A stretch of 9,382 nucleotides of DNA from an uncultured archaeon (lineage in GTDB: Archaea; Asgardarchaeota; Lokiarchaeia; Sigyniarchaeales; Promethearchaeaceae), in the NCBI GenBank assembly GCA_964426185.1, contig CAYRPF010000040.1:7741-17122 (forward strand), in the 5' to 3' direction. Under the pieces are notes generated by a model. The model worked only from the letters and a program-made list of their open reading frames with translations, had not been told where the DNA came from and made no database searches. This document shows, piece after piece, positions 1 to 6,798 of this stretch. Both the position numbers and the translations under genes were made by a program. How positions within the stretch are numbered: position 1 is the first letter of the stretch; each line of letters begins with the position of its first letter.

Positions 1-161
1 GTTTTAACATGAAGTCTTTCTTAGAGTTAAGCATCAAACGGGCAAACCTATGATGGATTTTAACGGTGTGATGAATAATTTGATGTTTTCTTACTTCTTG
101 GGAAATTTATCAAAATCCCAAAATTGTGATTATCTCAAAGAAAAATTTGGGGTGCTGAATT

Positions 162-207
162 AAAGAAAAAAAATGATTAAAAATGATTAAAAATAGAAAA
201 TTAAATT
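162..207 (-). terminator. Putative archaeal oligo-T terminator region downstream of the DUF211 gene
   Basis: Several A-tracts on + (T-tracts on -), including A8 at 166-173, directly after the stop codon at 208. Confidence 0.5.
171..193. repeat. 10-bp tandem repeat (AAATGATTAA x2 plus a partial copy)
   Basis: Exact copies at 171-180 and 181-190, followed by AAAT. Confidence 0.8.
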
Positions 208-531
208 TTAATCCAAAGGTGTATCGATATCTTCTACCAGTTTACTCCCGGCTACGACTTGGTCTAATGAATGAATTACGCAATTCATACTAATCAAGAT
301 TTCCTGAATTTCATCGTAATCTAAATGCGTTCCTTCGATTATGACCTTACAAGTCGTTGTTAGTTTATCAACCTCATAAACGGTGATATTCACACTTACA
401 TCGTTAGAATTTTTACAACGGTTTATGAGTTCAGTTGCAACTATATTGATTTCCGGATCAAATGGTTTTAAGATATCAAGAACTAAACGTCTGATCATAG
501 GTTTATCAGTGGAGATATTTGTTTGAGACAT
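208..531 (-). CDS. DUF211 family protein (small conserved archaeal protein)
   Basis: Signature IRRLVLDILKP near the N-terminus, V-N-I-T-V-x-E-V-D in the middle, IEG-x-x-LDY, and C-terminal VIHSLDQVVAG-x-x-LVE. The 107-aa length fits the family. Confidence 0.9.
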   Translation of the reverse strand: MSQTNISTDKPMIRRLVLDILKPFDPEINIVATELINRCKNSNDVSVNITVYEVDKLTTTCKVIIEGTHLDYDEIQEILISMNCVIHSLDQVVAGSKLVEDIDTPLD

Positions 532-618
532 TTTTAAATTTCACTGGGTTCCAAAAAACCCTAAATTATGTATAAGTCGATTGCAAATAAATTTTAAGGT
601 AATTCATTCAAGGAAGAA

Positions 619-1086
619 TTATTTATCCTCGGTATTTTCATGAGATTTACAGTATTTTTTCAATAAAATCAGTGTTAAAATTGATGAGAACCAATCATAA
701 CCCAATCCAATTAATAAGATAGACAAAAATCGTGGATAGAATACTATGGTACTTACCTCTGGTATCACCATCAAGAAGCGAAAAGCACATGATACATATA
801 TGATAATCCTATAAGTATAGGGATCTTTTGTCGCATACCAAAGCAAAAATCCCAGAGCGAAGAAAGAAATTGCTGAAAACAAAAAAAATAGTGGAATCCC
901 CAAATCAATTTCTAATAAATCAGCGAATAAAGGAAAAGTGAAAAATGCTAGTGCGACAATCATCTCAACGATCCCGCTGAATTGTAGAAAATAAATAAAA
1001 AATTTCCGATTTGAAACCATTTCTACCATTTTTAGCATTTTTACCATTTCTATCTTCTCTATCATTATCTTGATTGTTCTTAACAA
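619..1086 (-). CDS. Small 4-TM integral membrane protein of unknown function; true start probably one of the ATGs at 1020-1065
   Basis: Four hydrophobic segments and a W-Y-A-x-x-D-P-x-x-x-R loop. The ORF-track start is a TTG, and the N-terminus is encoded by a 9-bp repeat. Confidence 0.8.
   Translation of the reverse strand: MLRTIKIMIEKIEMVKMLKMVEMVSNRKFFIYFLQFSGIVEMIVALAFFTFPLFADLLEIDLGIPLFFLFSAISFFALGFLLWYATKDPYTYRIIIYVSCAFRFLMVIPEVSTIVFYPRFLSILLIGLGYDWFSSILTLILLKKYCKSHENTEDK
1012..1065 (-). repeat. Degenerate 9-bp tandem repeat, 6 units
   Basis: Minus strand reads ATGATAGAG AAGATAGAA ATGGTAAAA ATGCTAAAA ATGGTAGAA ATGGTTTCA, encoding MIE KIE MVK MLK MVE MVS. Confidence 0.75.
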
Positions 1087-1099
1087 TTTAAGTAACTAT

Positions 1100-2068
1100 C
1101 TATATGCGATCCAACAGATTCTGAGCCGAATCCACTTTCTTATTGGAAATTCCCTTCTTTTTCTTTCGAATAATTAAAAAAGCGGCAATATTTCCAAAAA
1201 TAACTGCACCCCCGCCTATTCCTCCATAAATTAACAATTGTCGTCGATATTCTAGCCAATAGGGATTTTCATCTTCGTAAATTAATTCTAAAGAACTGGA
1301 ATCTAAGTAAATTCTGATAAAAATTCGTGATTCATCATTGGGGTTGACATATTCCATTTCTGATCGTAATAAAATACTCCACATCATATCATAATATAAT
1401 TTTAGGGTAATTTCTCCGTTCAAATTCAAGGTTAAATAATATGTAGGCAAAATTTGTTGATTCTTTCTTAAATCTTGAATTTCTGGACTCCATATAGGCG
1501 CAGCTACATAGGGATGATCTTTTCTTAGGGTAAGCATTACAGGATCCGATACTCTTAAAAAGGGAATTTGTTGAAAATCATGAAGAAAGTTAGTTGGTCT
1601 ATCAGAACTGTTTATCCAAAATATGGTATATGTTGCATTAGAAAAATTAGATCCACTATCAGGTAGATGTTCTTTACGATAGGAAAATTCTGTGATTAAT
1701 GAATCTTCATCTTGGTAATCCGTGAAAAAATCTGTATGTTCATCTCCAAATAGAAAAGCCAGTTTATCGATGACTTTTTCGTTATCAATCGGCTTGGATA
1801 GTTGATATTGGATGGTTCCATTTTCATAAAGTAAATTTGTGCCGTTAATTTGAAGATAAAGTTGAAAATCATCTGAATTGGGATTTTCATCTTCTATATC
1901 GTAGAAAATGCAATAACTGAGCGATACATAATCGGACGAGTTTTTTGGAGATAAATTTAACTGTGATTTTGCATTGAAATGCGATACTTCAAGATTACTA
2001 CCTATCCCACTAAAGAAAAACATTAGTAAAATGCATCCCGCGAGAAAAGTGGATTTCTCCTTGTTCAT
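1100..2068 (-). CDS. Hypothetical exported type I single-pass membrane protein
   Basis: N-terminal signal-like segment (MNKEKSTFLAGCILLMFFFSGIG), an acidic ectodomain with several N-x-S/T sequons (NGT x2, NFS, NAT, NSS, NLS), a C-terminal TM helix followed by RKKKK, and a short tail. Confidence 0.85.
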   Translation of the reverse strand: MNKEKSTFLAGCILLMFFFSGIGSNLEVSHFNAKSQLNLSPKNSSDYVSLSYCIFYDIEDENPNSDDFQLYLQINGTNLLYENGTIQYQLSKPIDNEKVIDKLAFLFGDEHTDFFTDYQDEDSLITEFSYRKEHLPDSGSNFSNATYTIFWINSSDRPTNFLHDFQQIPFLRVSDPVMLTLRKDHPYVAAPIWSPEIQDLRKNQQILPTYYLTLNLNGEITLKLYYDMMWSILLRSEMEYVNPNDESRIFIRIYLDSSSLELIYEDENPYWLEYRRQLLIYGGIGGGAVIFGNIAAFLIIRKKKKGISNKKVDSAQNLLDRI

Positions 2069-2093
2069 GGTTATATGATTTCTCCTTGTTCAT
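2052..2093. repeat. Exact 17-bp direct repeat duplicating the start of the 322-aa gene
   Basis: GATTTCTCCTTGTTCAT at 2052-2068 and 2077-2093 (minus strand ATGAACAAGGAGAAATC). Confidence 0.95.
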
Positions 2094-2096
2094 AGT

Positions 2097-2813
2097 TTAA
2101 TTTTGATTTGGTTCCGTAGGTTGAATTTTACCGTGAGAAAGTATGAAATTCCGATCGGTAATCTCCTTTACGGAAGGATTATGCGACACTATTAGAATAG
2201 TAGTATTAAACTGTTTCAACTTGGCTAAATGATTTAAGATAATTTGGGCATTTTCCTCATCCAAATTGCCGGTTGGCTCATCACAAAGCACAATTACCGG
2301 GTCATTAACCAAAGCTCTAGCAATCGCCACGCGCTGCTGTTCTCCAATGCTTAATTGATAAGGAAATTTCTTGGTTTTTGATGTCATACCAAATTCAGCC
2401 AATAATTCTGCAGAACGCTGATGTTGCTCTTCTTGAGATTTTTTTAATAAATTCATTGGTAATTCAATATTCTGCTCAACAGTTAGAGTTTGGATAAGGT
2501 TGAATGTTTGAAATACAAATCCTATTTTTTGAAGTCGGATCTGCTGCCTCATCTTAGCCGAAAGATTAGAAGTATCGATGTCTGCAATCGTATAGACCCC
2601 AGAATCGTATGTATCCAGTAATCCAAGAATATTTAGAAGGGTTGATTTTCCAGAGCCGCTCGGCCCCATAATACTTACAATTTCTCCGCGGGAAATTTCT
2701 AAATCCACACCTCGTAATATATGTAATGATTCTGAGTATGTAATATAGGTTTTTTCTACATTTTTTAATGAAATAATAATAGTATGTTCTTTAATTTGAG
2801 AGTTCTCCGCCAT
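2097..2813 (-). CDS. ABC transporter ATP-binding protein, LolD/MacB/FtsE (type VII) family
   Basis: Walker A GPSGSGKST, Q-loop IGFVFQTFNL, signature LSIGEQQRVAIARAL, Walker B/D-loop VLCDEPTGNLD, H-switch VSHN. Confidence 0.96.
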   Translation of the reverse strand: MAENSQIKEHTIIISLKNVEKTYITYSESLHILRGVDLEISRGEIVSIMGPSGSGKSTLLNILGLLDTYDSGVYTIADIDTSNLSAKMRQQIRLQKIGFVFQTFNLIQTLTVEQNIELPMNLLKKSQEEQHQRSAELLAEFGMTSKTKKFPYQLSIGEQQRVAIARALVNDPVIVLCDEPTGNLDEENAQIILNHLAKLKQFNTTILIVSHNPSVKEITDRNFILSHGKIQPTEPNQN

Positions 2814-2837
2814 TTTTTAGTTCATTCCATTAAATTA

Positions 2838-3995
2838 TTAATACTTTTGTTTTAATTGTGAAAGTTGATATCTATGCATCCCTATCAAGGAGATAAGAAG
2901 TGCAAATCCAAAAACTGCACTGCTAATAATTAAAATATTTTGAAGAAACAATTCCCAGTGAAATGGATTGAAGATAAAACGGAATCCTTTGCTAAAACTG
3001 GAGAAAAATTGAGCTTCGGTATTTACTTTTACAATAATAAAGGCATACAAGATGGAAAAGATTCCAACCGAAGCAGGAACTCCAATCACGATTCCTAATC
3101 CCAAGAGAATCATATTTTCCATTATTATCGTTTTAAGAATAAGACCAGAACTTGAACCTAATACGCGAAGAATATCGAAATCTGCCTTTCTACTGAATAA
3201 ATTCATTATTTCCAATGAAAAAACAAATATGATAGATGCTCCTGCAGTAAAAACGCTGAGAACTTGAGTTAAGTTATTCATGAAAGTTCCTATTTGACCA
3301 TGTAGCTCTTCAATTTCTGAAGTAGTCAAAACATCTATTTCTGGATAATCTTTTTCAAAAAATGAAATTTTATCGGAATTGGCTTCTATCGCTTTAGAAA
3401 TGAAAATAATTGAAGTTTTTCCCACATTATTAGATAATTGTTCCAATTTCGTATGATCAACAATAATAATACGGTCTAAATATGAATATTGTGGAAAAAA
3501 CACCCCAACGATGGTAAAGTTATGATTCAACACTTCCATATTTTTCATATCCAAATATTTATTTCCCACAATTATCTCATCGGAATTCTGGGGCCAACGG
3601 CCTTGTTGAAGGGAAAGAGATTTAAATAATTCCTTTTGCTGCGAAATAGGCACCCCAAAAATGTAATTATTATAAAATGATAGCAAATCTTCACTATTAG
3701 GGACGATTAATAGAGGAATGGTATGTTCCTGAAAAGTGGAGTCAAGTTCAGTTTGAAAATCTAGGCTAATTGATGACCCAGTTGGAATTAACTGAATATA
3801 ACTTGTTCCACGCTCTACTACTTGATCATATTCTGGAAAAGGTCTAAAAAAGGTTGAAGTTAGAGAAGAGTAATAATCAGTCAAAAGAGCCATCACAACT
3901 GAACTGGTTAAACTTAATGCAATACCCACCACTGAAAGGATTGTGCGAACTCTCTTCTGGGAGAGATTATTAAATACATAATTGGATAACTTCAA
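2838..3995 (-). CDS. ABC transporter permease, MacB/FtsX/LolC-E family (second paralog)
   Basis: RTILSVVGIAL TM1, large extracellular domain with GRWP...EIIVG...FTIVGVF, coupling helix RKADFDILRVLG, three C-terminal TMs. TTG start with an upstream AGGAGG. Confidence 0.93.
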   Translation of the reverse strand: MKLSNYVFNNLSQKRVRTILSVVGIALSLTSSVVMALLTDYYSSLTSTFFRPFPEYDQVVERGTSYIQLIPTGSSISLDFQTELDSTFQEHTIPLLIVPNSEDLLSFYNNYIFGVPISQQKELFKSLSLQQGRWPQNSDEIIVGNKYLDMKNMEVLNHNFTIVGVFFPQYSYLDRIIIVDHTKLEQLSNNVGKTSIIFISKAIEANSDKISFFEKDYPEIDVLTTSEIEELHGQIGTFMNNLTQVLSVFTAGASIIFVFSLEIMNLFSRKADFDILRVLGSSSGLILKTIIMENMILLGLGIVIGVPASVGIFSILYAFIIVKVNTEAQFFSSFSKGFRFIFNPFHWELFLQNILIISSAVFGFALLISLIGMHRYQLSQLKQKY

Positions 3996-4001
3996 GATAT
4001 A

Positions 4002-5189
4002 TCATTCCTCCTTCCGAAAAGTTTGGACAATTGACTGTTTCATAGCACGAATCGATGGATAAACAGCTATAATCATTCCCACTACCAGAGATATAAAAAG
4101 TGTTTGAAAATATATGGATTGAGGAATTAAATTCATCATCTCGCGAGTATATTCAATAATACCGATAGTAGTATTATCTCCTTGAAAAACATAAAAACCG
4201 TACATAAAATAAAAGTTTCCAGTCAATAGGCTAACTAAATACCCCACTCCAGTAATGAATATGCCTTGAAGAAACACCATTATTCCGATATTAGACAACG
4301 GCATTCCAATAGCGCGTAGCATCCCAAATTCTCGTTCTTGTTCTTTGACGTTTAGCAACATCAATATAAAGATAAATAAACCGCTAATAAATAAAGGAAA
4401 AACACTCATTATAATATTAAATACATCTAACATCTGATAAAAAAAGCCAGTGGCTTCATTAAGTTCTTCTGAATCGATGAAATTAACTGATGGAAACTGA
4501 GATTCTACAGTATTTTCAAGATTTTGAAGTAAATCTGGGGTGTTTAAAATGGAAGAATCCCCTAAAACATACATCACCGAACAAAGACCTTCCATTTCAA
4601 AAAGCTGCTGCGTTTCCTCATAATCAACATAAATAAATTTATCAAAAAATACATTGGTTGACATCAATATTCCAGAAACGGTGAAATTGACACCTCGAAT
4701 AGGAATAGTACTATTCACCGCTAAATTTGGATATTTGACATTTGGTCCAACTACAATTTCATGTAATGGATCTTGCGGCCAATTTCCTTCTTGCAACCCA
4801 ACATTTTTCAAATAAAGATTCTGTAAATTATCAAAATTTATTCCCACAATGATATTTTTTAAAAATTTGAAATTAGTTTTATTACCAAAGTCTTTGAAAA
4901 TCACTGGAAGAGTATAGATAACTCCAGGGAAATTCAATATAATATCAGAAATATTATCGGGAATTTGAGATTCTAAGGGAAGAACTTGAACCACATTTGT
5001 TCCTTTGGCCATAACCATAAAAGAATTTTCGCTCATCATATACACTCTGTTTACAGAATCATCAAGCAAAGCAGAGTAAGCAGATATACCAAAAACCGCA
5101 CCTAACGAAACACCGAATCCTAAAATACACGCAAAATACCGAATTTTATGTTTTTTAAAAATCGAGAAGAAATAATTCCAAAGGTGCAT
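4002..5189 (-). CDS. ABC transporter permease, MacB/FtsX/LolC-E family (first paralog)
   Basis: N-terminal TM, extracellular domain with EGNWP...EIVVG...FTVSGIL, coupling helix EQEREFGMLRAIG, and C-terminal IIAVYPSIRA...FRKEE. Confidence 0.95.
   Translation of the reverse strand: MHLWNYFFSIFKKHKIRYFACILGFGVSLGAVFGISAYSALLDDSVNRVYMMSENSFMVMAKGTNVVQVLPLESQIPDNISDIILNFPGVIYTLPVIFKDFGNKTNFKFLKNIIVGINFDNLQNLYLKNVGLQEGNWPQDPLHEIVVGPNVKYPNLAVNSTIPIRGVNFTVSGILMSTNVFFDKFIYVDYEETQQLFEMEGLCSVMYVLGDSSILNTPDLLQNLENTVESQFPSVNFIDSEELNEATGFFYQMLDVFNIIMSVFPLFISGLFIFILMLLNVKEQEREFGMLRAIGMPLSNIGIMVFLQGIFITGVGYLVSLLTGNFYFMYGFYVFQGDNTTIGIIEYTREMMNLIPQSIYFQTLFISLVVGMIIAVYPSIRAMKQSIVQTFRKEE
4007..4013 (-). promoter_or_regulatory. 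Shine-Dalgarno-like AAGGAGG for the TTG start at 3995
   Basis: Minus strand reads AAGGAGG-AATGATATATC-TTG. The motif lies inside the last codons of the upstream permease, 11 nt from the start codon. Confidence 0.5.
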
Positions 5190-5343
5190 TATTCATAATA
5201 AAGAATGCAATCCTTAATATTTAGTGGCAGAAACTCCTAATATGTTAATTAATACATTTATTTTATCAAAGAAATGAGGGAACTTTAAAAGGAACGGGGA
5301 TTTTAAAGCTCGGAATCATTTAATTTGATCAGAATCAATTCCT
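5190..5343. promoter_or_regulatory. Divergent promoter region between the ABC operon and the GH13 gene
   Basis: AT-rich gap between divergent starts. A TATA-like element at about 5213-5223 on - lies 24-34 nt before the ATG at 5189. TTTAAA elements occur at about 5284-5289 and 5302-5307. Individual boxes are not firmly assignable. Confidence 0.55.
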
Positions 5344-6762
5344 TTGATTAGCATGTATGAAAAAAATCCAGTAATCATCTATAATCTATTCCCTCCATTA
5401 GCAGGAAAAATTTCGAAATGGGAGCAAAGTTTACACCAAATTGCCGAGATGGGATTTACTTGGATATATATCAATCCAATAAATCAAAGAGGTTATTCAA
5501 ATTCCTTATATTCAATTAAAAATTACTTTCTGCTCGACTCTGCATTCGCAGATAGTAAAAATGATCAACAAGAATGGAATTCCTTTATTGAATTTGTACG
5601 AAATGCCCATAAAATTGGATTAAAAGTAATGCTTGATATTGTTATTAATCATACTGCAGTTGATGCTGTTTCTGAACATCCCAATTGGTACAAATACAAA
5701 TGGGTGTTAAGAAATCGCAGCAACCTCCATCCTGTAAGAATTTTTGAAGAAATTTTAAAATCTGAAATAAACTATGACAAAAATCGATTTCCACCAGAAA
5801 ATTTTGAACTTGTTTATATAGTGGCACCTCCTTATGCAATAAACCCCGTAAATACCAATGACATCCAAATTTGGGGGGATTTAGCAGAAATTAACTTTAA
5901 TGAACCCTACCTTCCTGAAATCCTAGAATTTTTCAAGAAATATTTGAAATTCTGTATTGATCTTGGAGTGGATGGATTTCGTGCTGATGCAGCCTATCAA
6001 GTTCCCGGCACTATTTGGAAAGAATTTATTGAATTTTGCAAGGAAGTCAATCCAGAGGTTATTTTTTGGGCCGAAACACTTGGAGGAAACTATGAACAGC
6101 ACGTTCAGCTGATGAACTCTGGCTTTGATTTTATCACAAACTCCAGTAAATGGTGGGATTTCACTGCCCCATGGTGTGTAGAACAGCATGAAGAATATGC
6201 AAAGATCGCTCCCAGCATTTCATTTCCTGAAACTCACGATACACCCAGATTAGCCGCTGAAAGCGGGGGTAGAAAAGATGTGCAAGTATTTCGATACTTG
6301 TTCGCCAGTTTCTTTTCTGAAGGATTGATGATGCCTATAGGCTATGAATTGGGAGCCACTGAACGATTGAGTGTTATAATGGAAGATTTCACCCAAATGG
6401 GTCAAACTTTATTTGATATTAGACGGGATATCCAAAAAATCAATACATTTAAGAAAAAATATCCTGGAATGATGGATGAAGGAAAATTGTACCATTACCC
6501 CTATGAGAATCTCGGTGTTTTAATCTTGAAAAAAGAACACTCCCAAAAACACAGCCAATTGCTTCTTATTTACAACAAAGATTGGCATAATGCTCAAAAA
6601 GTAGATCTCCCCGATATTCGAGAAATATTAAGTTACCAAAGCCCAATATTTCAAATTGATATTAAAAACAACCAAAAGCGGCTAGACAATTTTAAAATCA
6701 CAACTTGGCTTCCGCCCAACCATTTCTTACTCTATTATCAGCTCAATCAAGATTTAAATTAG
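5344..6762 (+). CDS. Cytoplasmic GH13 alpha-amylase-family glycoside hydrolase; start may be the ATG at 5353
   Basis: GH13 conserved regions DIVINHTA, GVDGFRADAA (nucleophile D215), FWAET (acid/base E244) and ETHD (D299). No signal peptide is visible. Confidence 0.95.
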   Translation: MISMYEKNPVIIYNLFPPLAGKISKWEQSLHQIAEMGFTWIYINPINQRGYSNSLYSIKNYFLLDSAFADSKNDQQEWNSFIEFVRNAHKIGLKVMLDIVINHTAVDAVSEHPNWYKYKWVLRNRSNLHPVRIFEEILKSEINYDKNRFPPENFELVYIVAPPYAINPVNTNDIQIWGDLAEINFNEPYLPEILEFFKKYLKFCIDLGVDGFRADAAYQVPGTIWKEFIEFCKEVNPEVIFWAETLGGNYEQHVQLMNSGFDFITNSSKWWDFTAPWCVEQHEEYAKIAPSISFPETHDTPRLAAESGGRKDVQVFRYLFASFFSEGLMMPIGYELGATERLSVIMEDFTQMGQTLFDIRRDIQKINTFKKKYPGMMDEGKLYHYPYENLGVLILKKEHSQKHSQLLLIYNKDWHNAQKVDLPDIREILSYQSPIFQIDIKNNQKRLDNFKITTWLPPNHFLLYYQLNQDLN

Positions 6763-6798
6763 AAAAAAATTTGTTCATGCTAATTTTGATTTTCATTT
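6763..6798. terminator. Putative bidirectional oligo-T termination zone
   Basis: 36-bp gap between convergent stops, with A7 at 6763-6769 (T7 on -) and short T-tracts on +. Confidence 0.45.

Noticed and set aside
50-163. 37-aa plus-strand ORF (MMDFNGVM...GVLN) and weak inverted repeats at about 98-152
   Set aside because: Short, no motif, no supporting signals; cannot be judged at the window edge.
619-1086. 4-TM protein as PEN-2, APH-1 or a TP53I11-like protein
   Set aside because: The TM count does not fit PEN-2 or APH-1, and any TP53I11 resemblance is only generic hydrophobic pattern without a profile search.
1696-1890. 64-aa minus-strand ORF
   Set aside because: Out of frame inside the 322-aa gene, with no recognisable motif.
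1100-2068. 322-aa protein as a nicastrin homolog
   Set aside because: Only the type I topology is shared. It is much shorter and shows no peptidase-like or DYIGS-type motif.
2052-2093. 17-bp repeat as a CRISPR remnant or target-site duplication
   Set aside because: Only two copies with an 8-bp spacer, and no cas or transposase gene nearby.
3052-3267. 71-aa plus-strand ORF
   Set aside because: Antisense shadow of the permease gene.
5645-6189. 64-aa and 88-aa minus-strand ORFs
   Set aside because: Antisense to the GH13 catalytic core.
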